Shown here piece by piece: positions 23,289 through 36,603 of a stretch of 64,000 nucleotides of DNA. Within the stretch, counting starts at the first letter, position 1; every line of letters starts with the position of its first letter. The notes beneath the pieces are model-generated. The model ran no database searches. It saw only the letters and a program-made list of their open reading frames with translations, and had not been told where the DNA came from. The DNA comes from Carcharhinus longimanus (lineage: Eukaryota), in NCBI GenBank assembly GCA_030264375.1, contig JASCQW010000139.1, forward strand, positions 32,122,347 to 32,186,346. Direction: 5' to 3'. Both the position numbers and the translations under genes were made by a program.

Positions 23289-24594
23289 CTGTAAAAATAA
23301 TAAACAGAAGCTGTCAGGAGAGGTGGGTGTAGATGTTCAGGAAATATTTGAGCAAATGTCAGTAAAACAATAGTGTATTTCTCCTGCCTTCAGGTTATGG
23401 GCATTGCTTCTTTGTAATAAAAATCCCTGTTGCATCCTTCAATCACCAGTTGTAAGAGATGCTGAAGTTAAGGAATTAATTCTTCCAATTTAAACATCTC
23501 AATGCTACAGCTTCAGGGATTTTATTTTACTAACACATTAGTTTATATAAATTTTCTTTCTTAATTACATGTTGAAAATTGTATTGACTGTATAATATTC
23601 TCCATATAGTGCAAGTGTCTGCCTGAATCTGAACATCTGGACCCCCTCTCCCCCGGGGCCTTTGCTAACCTGTGTGCCTCCGACTGGCTCTGTGTACCAG
23701 GTGCTTGCTGTGGCGAACCTGTTGTGATACGTCAGTGTGAATGGACAGTCCAAGGTTAGGGGTGGTGGCTGCGGGGGCGGGGAGTGGGGGGAGGGGATCA
23801 GATCAGGCATAAACGCTGGATATGCATATGTAAGCAGATGTAAAGGTGGATCTGATTTTTAAAGTGAGGGAGGCGGGGACAATCGGGTGGGAAAATCCAG
23901 CTGGTGTAAAAGCCATTTTGGACTTCCTAATCGAGTCTCCGCTCTCTTTGCCATTCTTGCCTGCTCGAAACGGGAGTAGAAGGTGGGTGGAATCCCCTCT
24001 AAGTCCAGGAACTGGAGACCTGGTAAGTTTGAGTAGTCCTGGAGCAGGGAGGGTAGGGAAGCATTGAGGGGATGTGAGGGAAGTCATCGGAGTCTCAGCA
24101 GAGAAGCCAGAGATGGATATCTGGAGGCCAGTGGATCTTAAGTTGGGCAGAGGGAAGCAGTGCCCAACTTCAGAAATGGACTTCTGTTGAAGGTGCTTCC
24201 CCCTTTCCACCTGAGATGTACCATTGTTGTATTTTGACCTTCCCCCACAGAGGTTCAATCTTCCCGCCAACCTACAAATTGAGGCTGGGCAGGAAACAAC
24301 TCTTAAGTGGCCATTAATTGTGCAAGGGTGAGCTTCCTGTCTGAGGCTGTGACCATCCCAGTGTAAATACAATGTGTGGTTGGGATGAGCAGGAACCTGG
24401 AGGGAATTCTGTCACTTCAAATTCACGCTCCTCCCCTTCTCCCCACCTAGAAATGGGGGAGTGTAAAATTCTGCCCAGTATCTTTTAAACTCATTCTCAC
24501 CACCTTCCTACCCCATCACTCACATGTTCAGTTTTACGACAAACACAATGAAATCTTACATCAGAATTCTAGGAAAGGCCCAACAGAAACATAC

Positions 24595-24800
24595 CATTAG
24601 TCTTCTCTTTCCAGGCACTAAGATCTAGGCGTGAAATGTGATTGCATCCGACATATCCTTTTGGGTACGACCTGTACCTAAACACATCCTGAGGGAGTTC
24701 TTTGATCCTGGTGTTATCGCAGATTAACCTGGAGATTGAGGTTTGCCAAAGGGCCTGTTGCTGGCTAGCAGTAAAAACCCCCTCATTTTCCCACCAGAAT
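24595..24800 (-). CDS. Peroxidase gene B exon, end of catalytic domain
   Basis: 206 bp, ag/gt bounded. RFWWENEGVFTASQQQALWQTSISRLICDNTRIKELPQDVFRYRSYPKGYVGCNHISRLDLSAWKEKTN. Confidence 0.96.
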
Positions 24801-26539
24801 CTGAAGCACAAAGAGCAAGACAAATGATTGTTCAGCAGGATGGTTTACATTCATTTCTCAACCAGTCCCAGCAAAAAAGGCAACTGGACATTGTTACTTG
24901 AGGCATTTTACTGGGCAAAATCACCAATTCAACAACAGTAGCTATATAATGTAATTCGTCTGTGCGAAGTATATCTGAGAGACACGGAAGGTAATATATC
25001 AATTAAACATCTCTCTTGCTCTTTTCTTGCAGCTAATGCCTACTAGCAATGATGGTCAATGACAACTAACCTCAGCTACCATTACCGCATGAGCTGAAAG
25101 GACATTGGGACTTTCCAGCCTAGTCATATTGCGACCTGCCATGCTAGAATTGGGGGCTCAGTTATAAGTCAATTGATTTTAGATGGGACCAGACAAGCCT
25201 GCTGGTGTATGGGGCTGGAACATTCTGCCCATTATGTGGGAATTACGTAAATAATGTATTCAGATACGAGAAGATTCCTTTAATAGTTAAAATAGTTTAG
25301 TATGTCAATTTATTCTGGTTGAGAATAAAGTGACTAAATTAACCCAGCTATTCTGATGTATTTCTTTCCAGAAAGCATCCTTTCTGGATGTATCATGGCT
25401 TAGAACAACAAGGAAAAGACCAGCACAGGAACAGGCCCTTTAGCCCTCCAAGCCTGTGCCAATCATGATGCCCCAACTAAACTAAAGAAAAAACCTTCAA
25501 CGCTAATTTGTTCCATATCTGTTAGAGGGATTTAGGATGATCTGTTACTAAAAAGACTAATAAATTGGGGTAGACTAATTTAGAAATAAATATAGTATAG
25601 GAAAAGCACAAAATGCCAGGAGTTACAAAGGTACTGTTTTGCAGAAAAACACATATAACCATTGTGAGAGAAGTTAAACATGTGTTTTATATATTCTGTA
25701 TTAAAATATACACCTTGGCCAACTACAGACTGCCCCAAGACATAATGGGATAAAAGCTGAATAAGATGAACCACATTCTTTAAGAACGATACAGCCACAC
25801 AGCACAGTTTTTATCAGGATGAGTTATAGCCAGTATAACTTGCCAGACAGTAAAATGACTAAAGTAATACAATTCTTTTCAGTAAAGGCAGTGGAAAGAG
25901 AACTTTTGAACTCAGTGAACTTACATAGTGAGTTTCTAAAAGACAGTGGGAAACAACTTTCCAGTATAACGTAGTGGTTTGCCAGGAAATAGTGGGTGAA
26001 AACTTCTGTGCTTTACGGATCTATGTACTCTCATGTTGCCAGAAGGTGGAATGTTATTGGCCAAGGTAAATAACTTAAACTAAAATGATTGGCTCATCAG
26101 GTTAGGATGAACAGAGTAGGAGGGTGGATGATTTCCGAGAAAACTATGAATGTACTACCGATAGAAATGTNNNNNNNAAATATTTGGGCCACCCCAAACT
26201 ATTCTCCTACATATGAGGACCAGGCCAGGGCAATAAAGTATGTCTTCAACCAGAATTACTGTCCCTGTGAGTTTACCGTATTTGCTAAGCTGGAATTAAT
26301 AAAGAGAAATCCCTCACATGAAATCCAGAAAAACTCTGACAGTATCCCCCTATTCCCTCCCTATTCATGTACCTTTCCAGATGCCTCTTAATGTTGCTAA
26401 TGTGCCTGCTTCCACCACCTCCTCTGACAGGCACCTACCACTCTCTGCGTGAAAAACTTCCCCCACACATCTCCATTAAACTTCTTCCCTCTCACTTTGA
26501 ATCTCTGACCCTCTGTAATTGAAAGTTTAGCTTGGCTGC

Positions 26540-26982
26540 TGTTCTGACCAAGACAGCAAGAAGCTACAAAGAGTTGTGAAGGTAGCCCAATCCATCATGC
26601 AAACCACCCTCCCATCCATTGACTCGGTCTACACTTCCCGCTGCCTTGGAAAAGCAGCCAGCATAATTAAGGACACCATGCACCCTGGACATACTCTCTT
26701 CCACCTTCTTCCATCAGGAAAAAGATACAAATGTCTGAGGTCACGTACCAATGACTCAAGAACAGCTTCTTCCCTGCTGCCATCAGACTTCTGAATGGAC
26801 CTACTTCGCACTAAATTGATCTTTCTCTACAGCCTGGGTATAATTGTAACACTATATTCTGCACCCTCTCCTTTTCTTATGTAGTCTATGAACAGTATGT
26901 TTTGTCTGTGTAGCATGCAAGAAACAATCTCTTTCACTGAATCCCAATACATATGACAATAATAAATCAAATCACATCAAAT
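26540..26982 (+). mobile_element. Rex1/Babar-type LINE 3' end
   Basis: LPSIDSVYTSRCLGKAASIIKD..HPGHTLFHLLPSGKRY motif, then 3' UTR with aataaatcaaatc tail. Confidence 0.75.
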
Positions 26983-27953
26983 GTTCCTCTAGTAAGTTTG
27001 GTGTGAGCATGCAGGATCAGTAACAAACTCAGGTAGGGCCTGAATATATTCATTGGGATTGTATTGGTTTTGTGAGAGTTGGAATTCCAGCTACCACAAT
27101 AAGGCCTTAGTGCATCAAGCAGGGAGAGCTGGCCGAAGAGATTCTTAAGTCAGGAGCTAACATCCTTCTCCTATCAAGTGGGACCTGGATCAGTGCGGAT
27201 ACACTACTTTTCCAAAGCTTATGAGAGTAACTCCAAGTGAGCCTCAGGCCGGACCAGAGGTCTGCATGTATCACCGGTTGTGTAGAATACATTTTTCACC
27301 ACAGTGGCTTTTTTCAACCATTCCCATAGCATAGTGACCATAAGCCACAGCTTTCTGATCTGAGAGAGAATGGAGAGGTGAAGCTAACCTTTCCCTCAGG
27401 TCAACAATCAACTGCTTGCATTTCTGCCTCTTTGCATATCATAGTGTTGTACGGCGCAGAAAAGGCCCTTCAACCTATTGAGTCTGCACCGGTGACAACT
27501 ACCACTAACGTTTGCGATAATCACATTTTCCAACACTTGTCCCATATCATTGAATTTTATAATGATTCAAGTGCTTGTCCAAGTACTTTTATAAAGATTG
27601 TAAGGTTGGGATATTGCAAATATTCATGAACACTATAAGGCATATGGGTTAAACATCAAATGATAATTGTGGTGACAATAATTATGGAAATGACACTAAT
27701 TCTGGAAGCTAAAGTTGAAAGATTGTTCTAAAAGTTTATTAGTGCAAGGGAGCTGGAGATAGTGGTGATGGAGGGCATGATGAGTGAGGTGAGTATTGGA
27801 GGAGATCGAAGGGTAGATGCTAGATTTTTGTTCCATGTTTTTATTTATAACTGAGAAGCAGAGTTTAGACTTTTGGAGACAAATCTGTTGAAGGAAGAAT
27901 ACAATAACGTGATATAAAACGGGTCACCTTGACGCTCTTAATACTTCTGTTAC

Positions 27954-28191
27954 CTGTCTCCATCTCTCAGGTTCTTGAATTGCTGCCCTATCAAGCAGGC
28001 AAACAAAGGGCCCACCCTACCACCTTCCACAAAGGGTTCGGAGATCCCCCCGACCCACACATCGATGTTGTCTGGAGTTCCATACAACTTGAGGAGATTC
28101 GTTGCTAGGTCCATACTGTTAAGGACGAGGGAAAGATCCAAAATATTTTGGGGCTCAGAAAGTCGACAGAACCTTCGCCAAGCATTGTAAC
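27954..28191 (-). CDS. Peroxidase gene B exon (YNAWRRFC...GDR)
   Basis: 238 bp, ag/gt bounded. [14 protein letters not shown]...[45 protein letters not shown]. Confidence 0.97.
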
Positions 28192-28334
28192 CTAGATTCA
28201 GAAAGGGGAGGTGGGGGTTACTTTTCTGTTTATGATTTTGAGCAGTAAACAAAATGATAAAGTTAGCACAAGAAAAACATTTCAAAGCCTGCAATTTGAG
28301 GGTTTCATAATTTTCAAATTGAGCCTATTTATCA

Positions 28335-28645
28335 TAAAACCCCTACAGGCAGAAAGAGGCCATTCGGCCCATTGAGTCTGCACCAACCACAATCTCACCC
28401 AGGTCCTATTCCTGTAACCCCACCTATTTACCCTGTTAATCTCCCTGACAGTAGGGTCAATTTAGCATGGCCAATCCACCTAACCTGCCCATCTTTAGAG
28501 TGTGGGAGGAAAATGGAGCACCTGGAGGAAATCCACACAGATATGGGCAGATTGAGCAAATTCTACACAGACAGTGACCGAAGCCAGGATTGAACCCTGG
28601 TTCCTGGCGCTGTGAGGCAGCAGTGCTTGCCACTGTGCTGCCCCT
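28335..28645 (-). mobile_element. HE1-type SINE, near full length
   Basis: Pol III A/B-box head (ggcagcacagtggcaagcactgctgcctcacagcgccagg..gggttcaatcc) on the minus strand. Confidence 0.85.
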
Positions 28646-28809
28646 ATTTAATCTCGTTCTTAGTGTAATACATGAGCTAATTCATCAAATATAGACTGTC
28701 TTTGTAGGAATCAACAATCAGAATGTGCAACAGGGCATAAAATTACAACCAACTACACTTGAGACTAAAAGACCTGAATGAGTGAATCTGATTGCAGATT
28801 ATCTGTTAC

Positions 28810-28980
28810 CTGGAAGCCCATGGTCTCGGGACCGCTGTATGTTGATGGCAGACAGGTCCAAGGCTATATGATTCTGTGTGGCAAACAGCTTCTCACGCAG
28901 TTCATCTGGCATCATGGAGCTTTGGGTCTGCAGTTTGCAAGGGCAACCAAGCAAGCCCCGAAAGACTGGATCAACTCCAC
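28810..28980 (-). CDS. Peroxidase gene B exon ([10 protein letters not shown])
   Basis: 171 bp, ttttag|GT...CCAG|gtaac. [58 protein letters not shown]. Confidence 0.96.
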
Positions 28981-29134
28981 CTAAAAAATAAAACGCTTCT
29001 TTTTCAATGTTAATTCACTCTTGATTTTTCTTTGCAGTCGAACGATTGCACGTTTGTGTGTGTTTCTCATACTTGATATCTTAGTAACTCTCTGCTGTAA
29101 CCTATGGCTTGATAAAGTAGTGCAATAGTTCAGA

Positions 29135-29485
29135 GACATAGACAGGGTGAGTAATCAGATGCTACTCCCCAGGGCAGAAGTGTCAATTACAAGGGGGCAG
29201 AGGTTCAAGGTGAAAGGGGGAAAGTTTAAGGGAGATGTGTGGGTGAAGTTTTTCACACAGAGAGTGGTGGGTGCTGGGAATGCATTGCCAGAGGAGGTGA
29301 AAGCAGGCACATTAGCAACTTTTAAGAGGCATCTGGATAGTTACATGAATTGGGAGGGAATAGAAGGGTATGGACCAAGTAAGGGCAGAAGGTTTTATTA
29401 GTTTAGTTAGGGCATCATGGTTGGCACGGGCTTGGAGGGTCAAAGAGCCCTTTCCTGTGCAGTACTTTTCTTTGTTCTCTGTTCT
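29135..29485 (+). mobile_element. CR1-type LINE 3' fragment
   Basis: TRGQRFKVKGGKFKGDV..KFFTQRVVGAGNALP. Confidence 0.8.
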
Positions 29486-30075
29486 AATACTAACCAGAAT
29501 TACTAATCAGACTGACCTGTCCTATGTCTGACTTGGGACAGCTTGATAGGTCACTGTAGATTCTCTGCACGTTACCCTATACATGAAGTAAATGTGTGGA
29601 GTAAAAAGGGAGTAACACTAAGAGATAAAGATAAAATAAGCAATCACAAGCGACTAGTGAGAGGGGGAATAGATCCTCATTGTTCTATTGATTTTAGTGG
29701 GATGAAAATGGGGTAGATCGTACAATGGATGGGTGTTCCACTCTCTCAGATTACTGTCAAAGTGATAAAGATTTAAAAAAGCTACCCCCGATGAGTTACT
29801 GTATTAAGCAGAGAACGGCCGCTCCTGATTCAGTGTGGATAAACGGGAGGTGATATGATCTGGAGAGATTCAAGCAAGAATGTATACCCATAGACTCAAT
29901 GGAAGGACCTTGAAGAACATGGATGAATATAACATAACAGGCAGTAAAATTTAATTCCTTGAAGGTGAGTGGAGGTCACAAGAGCCGTAAACAAAAACTG
30001 TCTGCATTTTGGGCTTTGATAATTAAATGCATAGAATTCAAGAGGAATTTGCACAAAGAATTGGGTATTAATACC

Positions 30076-30235
30076 ATGGGGAGAGGGGGAACATGGGAGA
30101 TGGGAAACGTGGGGAGAGGNNNNNNNNNNNNNNNNNNNNNNNNNNNNNNGGGGGAACGTGGGAGAGGGGGAACGTGGGAGAGGGGGAATGTGGGAGAGAG
30201 GAAATGTGGGAGAGAGGAAACATGGGGAGAGGAAA
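30076..30235. repeat. G-rich purine tandem repeat, about 16-17 bp (ggggagagggggaacgt)
   Basis: Direct reading; partly N. Confidence 0.85.
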
Positions 30236-30775
30236 AGTAGGGTAGGAACTTTAATACGTTGGATAGGGTCTTTGATGGGCATCCATTGGCCACACTCAAG
30301 CAGGTCAACTGCTACTGCCACTGGTAAATACCCATGGAGTCAGACAGATGGTGGGCATGACAATATGCCATTGTGTTTGTGGTATTCGACTGTTAATGTT
30401 CAATTATGTGTGTCACACAATAGTGCCAAGAGACTGCAGATTCATTTCTGATCCTAGACTTTCCTACACTTATTTCCATTTCATTCTCTACTGACTGATG
30501 AGTATTTAATATAACAGTGTGAGGAAAACTTTATCTTGTATCCAATGTGTGCTCTGAGTGCTTGATGAGCCAATATAGAAGCAGTTAGCACCCTGTGCCT
30601 AATACTCATTGAAGCAGCCTGTGAGAGTTGCGTATTAATTCTGGAAGCTAAAATTGGAACATTGTTCTATATTCCAGCAACACCATTAAGCACAAGAGTG
30701 CAACAATATTTGAAATTGATTGTTTATACACAGTCGGCAAGGCTGATGTTTACAGGGAATGATAATGCTGAGTAC

Positions 30776-31034
30776 CTTCCTCAATTAAATTCCATGGAGC
30801 AAAGAAGGTGTAGTGTAGGGGAATGCTGGAATACTTTGGGTCCTCCTGGTACTTTTCATTATAACGTTTCAGAATTGGCTGGATCGTGACATGCCCAAAG
30901 CGCATAGCGGCGGTAGTGAAGACATTGGAGAGTCTGGGATCAATTGACTCATTGTAGCCTTGGTATCGAGAAAGGTATTTCCCTGTTGCATCCTTACCAA
31001 TTATGTAGGGAACATAGTCCCTGTAAGTTATAAT
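30776..31034 (-). CDS. Peroxidase gene B exon (proximal His)
   Basis: 259 bp. IITYRDYVPYIIG...DPRLSNVFTTAAMRFGHVTIQP...FFAPWNLIEEG. Confidence 0.96.
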
Positions 31035-32374
31035 CTGTCAGAGAGAAGTCAGAAAGTAATTATTAATCAATTGTAAATGATGGTCAAATGACTTTTATCA
31101 TTGGCGTAGTCGCTATGCATCCATTCTCTCTAATTTCTCTCCCACAACTTTTCTTATTGTCTTCCCCATTGTAATCCCTTAATCCCATGTTCTCAAATAG
31201 GAGGCACACTTCAGGGAGAATCGCATGCTCGACCATATCATTACAACCTTAATTTTTGACCCATATTACACCTAGAAGACAGGATCATGGAATTACAGAG
31301 AATTTCTCACCACCTCTCAGTTTTACAGCCTTTTTCAAATGCACCACCAATTCCATTTCCCTCCCGAGCTACAGCTTCAGGCCGAACTACACTCAGCAAC
31401 ATCAGTGACCTAACAAGATTACTCTCCAGGTGGAGTGAACTTCAATTCTCCAGGTATCCTTCATGAATATATACACAATACTTACAGTGTAGCCTTCGAT
31501 TCTGAGGACCCACCAAGGGTGAGTGCAGACATGGTGGATTGCCTCACTTTCTGTGAGCAAGTTGAAGGGAAAATCCAACCAAGTCTAAACAAGCTGGAGA
31601 GATCAACAAGACAANNNNNNNNNNGAAGGAATAATTTTCACCTTCATCACTCAGGCCATACTGACAGAATAGGATACATTACTTGCGTGTTAGAGAACCA
31701 ACTTTCCATGTCCATTGATATGGAAATCTGCTCCATCAATTCACTGTCCAAGAAATGAAGGTTAAAAAAAAATCCTTTCTCCCGCACGTACAGACAAATA
31801 AATAGAAAGAAATAGAAATGTATAAAGAGAGATCGAAGCAAAGAGAGAAAGAAAATCTCAGTGAAACAGAGATACCGTGATTCTGTATGCATGGAGTCTC
31901 ACACACAAACACAAATGTGAATCATCAACATAGTAAATGCTAGATGAAAAAATAACCACGTCTATCTGTTTCGCTTTCTACCATCAGGGGAGTAAGGATT
32001 CAGTAATAATGGAGACAAATTAATCTCCATCAATTAGTCTAAAACATTCCCTGATCTGATATGGAGAAAACCTTGCAGTGAAGATCTTTGAGAACCATAG
32101 GTCCAAAAACCTCATGCGGGATTTTCCGACCCTTCTCACCACAGAATCTTCCGATCCCGCCATAGGTATCCACCTACCACGACCCCCCCACTCTGCCCCT
32201 CCGTGGGTGGGTTCCCTGTGGTGGGATGGGAAAGCCATAGATCTTGGTGGGACCAAGAGATCTCGCCGGAGGCCAATGGCAAGCTGTCTCTGCCATCGGA
32301 AATCATCCCACAGGGAGAGGGGAAAACCCCAATCCTCTGCTTCGATTTGAAGTCTGTTCCATTTTTTTCTCTAC

Positions 32375-32535
32375 CTGTTGAAACGCTCCAATGATTTTCC
32401 TGGCTTCCTGGTAGATTGTTTCTCCGCTCCAGTGTGGGTTCAGTTTCTTCAGCTCTCTCGCTATGCGATTGTGTTCCCGTAGAAATAGTGTGTGAAAACT
32501 GAGCAGCCCCAGGTTTTCATTTGCACGGTTATCAC
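32375..32535 (-). CDS. Peroxidase gene B exon (distal Arg and heme-ester Glu)
   Basis: 161 bp. [54 protein letters not shown]. Confidence 0.96.
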
Positions 32536-33129
32536 CTGTGTAAACAGGATGAGCACGTTATTTACAACAAAATAGAAACATGCACAGAATAATATGGGTT
32601 GATCTCGTATTATGAACAAACCCCAGAGATCCAGACTGGTGAATAAGTAAAGTGCTACAATGGGGAGGTGATGGTGTAGTTATAATGTCACTGGACTGGT
32701 AAGCTTAAGGCCCAGGCTAATACTATGGTGACATTTAAATTTAAGTAATAAAATCTGGAATATTAAACTAGTCTCAGTAATGGTTCCATGAAACTGTCAT
32801 AAAATCACATCTGGCTCACTAATAAATCTGTCATCTGTACCTGGTCTCTCCTACATGTAATTCCAGACACACAGAAATGTGATTAGCTCTTAACCACCCT
32901 CTGAAATTGCCTAGCAAACCACTCAGTTGAAGGGTAAGTAGAGATGGGCAATAAATACTGACCTTGTCAGTGACATGCACATCCTGGAAGAGAATAAAGA
33001 GAAAAGAATGCAGCTGATAGACTGAGGGGTGCAGTGTGTTAGCACACAACTTCATACTTTGGAGACTGCTGTTCAAATGTAACTTTGACTGACAAGATGA
33101 CATTTTACTTGCAGCAATAACTCTAAATG

Positions 33130-33770
33130 GATGCTATGTGAAATTGATTTGGATCGCATCAACCCATGCCCCACGGAGATTTGTGTTGCAGGCTCAATTA
33201 TTCACCTAATTTATTAACTATTTAGATGGTGGCTTAGAAAGAATTTGCTGATGACACAATGATAGGCAGCTTTGCAAGCTGTGTAGGTTGAGATATTAAG
33301 AGGGATATTGATAGATTAAGCGAATGGCTAAGGGATTTCACTGGAGGCAAATGTGAGGACATTTACTTCGGACCTAACTAGATAGAAAAGTTAGAAAGAG
33401 TGGAGGACTGATAACACTTGAGGATCCAGGTACATGAATCAATAAAATATCATGAACAGGTACAGAAAACAATTTATATCTAAAACAAGGGAGTAGAAGG
33501 TTTGCCTCAGCTGTATAAAGATGTAGTTAGACCAGACATTGAGTGTTGTGAGCAGTTCTGGGCACCACATCTTTGGAAAAAAGTATTGGCCTTGAAGGAG
33601 TGCAGCATAGGTTTATGAGAATTATACCTGGGCACTAAAGGTTATATTATGAGGAGCAATTGTCCAATTAATGTTGTATTCCCTGTAATTTAGAACATTA
33701 AGGGGTAATTAGATTGACATTTTTAACTCATTAAGGGGAACAGAGAGAAACTATTTCTGCTGTTTGGTGT
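33130..33770 (+). mobile_element. CR1-type LINE RT fragment, continuing at about 34630-34850
   Basis: tttgctgatgacaca (FADDT) and QFWAP.L.K motifs, decayed; interrupted by SINE, MITE and Penelope insertions. Confidence 0.65.
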
Positions 33771-33839
33771 TGCAATATTACTTTAATATAGGTACTGCAG
33801 TATTCTGTTAAGCACCTGTTTATAACTAAAATATATACT

Positions 33840-34120
33840 GGGGCAGCATAGTAGCACAGTGGTATAACTGCTTCCCAGCGCCAGGGACCCAGGCACAATC
33901 CCCGGCTTGAGTCACTGCCTGTGTGGAGTTTGCACATTTTCCCTGTGTCTGCGTGGATTTCCTCCGGGTGCTCTGGTTTCCTCCCACATTCAGAAATGTG
34001 TGCTAGTTCAGTGCTTTGACCCAAACAGGCACCAGACTGTGACAACTAGGGGAATTTCACTGTAACTTCAGTGTAGTGCTAATGTAACCCATACTTGTGA
34101 CTAATAAATAAAATTTACTT
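33840..34120 (+). mobile_element. HE1-related SINE with alternative 3' tail (gtgactaataaataaa)
   Basis: Same head and core but a different tail; like copies at about 43950-44250(+), 48350-48640(-), 56450-56745(-) and 58905-59205(-). Confidence 0.8.
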
Positions 34121-34388
34121 TTATTTTATAATGTCCAGAAATTTACCACCCCATCCACCAGGAGAATCGGAGCATGGGAGTGGCAGACCATGGAAAGGTA
34201 TGTTGACTTCGGGCAGGATTTTATGGCTTTGGGATGAGCAAGACCGTAAAATTCCACCCATTATCACCACAGGAAGTGATGCAAGGCAACATATGACACA
34301 GCAGCAGCACCAATGTTAGATCACCTGATAGTGTGTACATGCAGAGCTCTCCTGTCAATCTGCATGTAGACTAATGGTCATCAATAAA

Positions 34389-34518
34389 GATGTGGAGATG
34401 CCAGGGTCGGACTGGGGTAAACACAGTAAGAAGTCTCACAACACCAGGTTAAAGTCCAGCAGGAATATTTGGTAGCAAATGCCACTAGCTTTCGGAGTGC
34501 TGCTCCTTCATCAGGAGG
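34389..34518 (-). mobile_element. Penelope-like terminal fragment
   Basis: Reverse complement of 8610-8739 (gatgtggagatgcc...aagaagtctcacaacaccaggttaaagtcc). Confidence 0.75.
34482..34518 (-). ncRNA. Minimal hammerhead ribozyme motif in Penelope terminal repeat
   Basis: Minus strand cctc-CTGATGA-a-ggag-cagca-ctcc-GAA-AGCT-A-gtgg; core intact, stem I imperfect. Confidence 0.55.
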
Positions 34519-35057
34519 ACCATCAATGAAGAACCCAAGCATTCATCAATGTGTAATTGGTAGGTTTGTGTTACATCCCGGTAACACAGCAGTTGGAAAG
34601 TCTAAGGTTCAGGGACATTGTCTGGAAATTTGAACCAAATATGTCAGGAGTGAAATTAGAAAACATTTCTACTTACAATGGGCGGTAATAGTTTAAAACT
34701 CTCTTTGGCAAACTGATAACTGATATTAGATCAATATTAATTTTAAAGCTGAGACTGATAGACTTCTTTTATCTGAGGATTATGGAATATGGGACAAATC
34801 TCATTGAATGGTGGAACACGCTTGAAGGTTAAATAGCCTACTCCTGTTAATGGTCCAAATCCTTTGCTCTCCGGATTGTCAGAGATGTGCATTGGGACCT
34901 TGTGGAAGTCCTGATGTGCTGAACTGTGTGGGTTTTGTGTAGGAAGCTTCAACTTCTGATGGTCATTTCCCCTGCTGCCTGTGTCCCTCCATGAATATCT
35001 CCAAATCTGAGCTAGAGTCTGAGACTTTGGGCAGTTCTGATTTGCTTCTATAACTTC

Positions 35058-35820
35058 ATAGGAACAGGAATAAACCATTTGGCCTTTCAAGTCTACTCCA
35101 CCATTCAGTAAAATCATGACTAACCTGGTTGTGGTCTCAACTCCATCTTCCTGTTTGCCCCCATAGGCCTTGGCTTCACTCTATCTAACTCAGCCTTGGA
35201 TAAATTTAAAGACACAGCCTTCACTACTGTCTGAGAAAGAGAATTCCATTGTGGAAAGCCCTCTCACTTAACCTGTTTATGTACCTTTACAGTCTTTCTC
35301 TTTACAACTTACTTTCTTACCTATCTTGATGTCATATTCAAATTTAGTTACCACGTTTTCAGTCCCTTCAAACAAACCATTGATACAAACTATAAATAGC
35401 TGAAGACTGAGCACTGATCCACTATTTACAGCTTGCCAATCCAAGAAAAACCCATTTATCCCTACTCTCTGCTTCCTGTTAGTTAACCAATCGACCCAAT
35501 TAATCCCCTACACCTTGTGCTCTTATCTTGTATAATAACCTTATCAAACCTTTTAGAAATCTGAATAATCACATCTACCAGTTCTCTTTTATCCACATTG
35601 AATGTTACTTTGTCAAAATCGCCAATAGATTAGTTAAGGAACACAATTTCCCATTCACAGAGCCATAGTGGCTCTGCCTGATCACATTGCCGTAACCTCC
35701 TTAATAATAGATTCTGGAACTTAGTCCATTGCAGATGATAAGCTAACTGGCCCATAGATTCCTGGTCACCACCCTGAATCCTTTCTTTAAAAAATGTCTT
35801 ACATTAGCTACTTTCCAATT
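35058..35820 (-). mobile_element. CR1-type LINE fragment
   Basis: Reverse CR1 tail (ataggaacaggaataaaccatttggcc) followed by decayed RT sequence. Confidence 0.6.
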
Positions 35821-35909
35821 TACCGGGCTTGAATTTTCAGGATGGTAAGTGCTCGGCACCTGTCATCCTGAGAGTCAGCGCGAAGTGCCTCCCTGCCAAC
35901 TCTGACAGG

Positions 35910-36042
35910 CCACTCACCTGACGAAGGGGCAAACTCCGAAAGCTTGTGAGTTTACTATCAAATAAACTGGTTGAACTTCAACCTGGTGTTGTGAGACTTC
36001 TTACTGTGTTTACCCCAGTTCAATGCCGGCATCTCCACATCA
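35910..36042 (+). mobile_element. Penelope-like terminal fragment
   Basis: Similar to 8605-8739 (aataaa...aacctggtgttgtgagacttcttactgtgtttacccc...catctccacatc). Confidence 0.75.
35913..35950 (+). ncRNA. Minimal hammerhead ribozyme motif in Penelope terminal repeat
   Basis: ctcac-CTGACGA-a-gggg-caaa-ctcc-GAA-AGCT-T-gtgag; perfect 5-bp stem I ctcac/gtgag. Confidence 0.65.
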
Positions 36043-36603
36043 TGGCTTCTTTATGACCCAAGGATGCAGGTCATTTGTTCTGGTGATGTATCAGCCTTTA
36101 GATCTAATAGTTTTCCTGGCACTTCATTCCCTCATGATGATAATTGTTTTATGTTCATCCCTCTCCACCACCTCTTGATTGTCATGTATCTCTGGGAAAT
36201 TTTCTAAGTATTCTACCGGGAAGACAGACACAAAATACTTGTTCAATGCTTCTGTCATTTCTCTACTTTCCATTATCAATTCCCAGACTCACTCTCTACA
36301 GGACAAATACCCTCTTTAATTACCTGAATAGTTACCCAGAAAATATTAGACAGAAAAACCCTTGTCCAACTCTTGGGTAGCACCAGAACCCACCCTCCAC
36401 CACCCCACCGATTCATTCCCTTTGAACCCCTGACTACCCTACTGGCTGTCCTGACTACCCTTGGACCCCAACTACCCCTGCAAGCTCACCACATGACAGC
36501 TATTGCCATAAAAAAGGGGCCATATCCTATCTTTGCCCTGGGCTCAGATACCCTGTGCTATTAGGTGCTTTTCATACCACATCATCAACCAATGATTTCT
36601 TAC

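Noticed and set aside
23803-24372. 189-aa minus-strand ORF in a gene B intron
   Set aside because: No recognizable domain, it lies in GC-rich transposon-like sequence, and the flanking exons already splice in phase.
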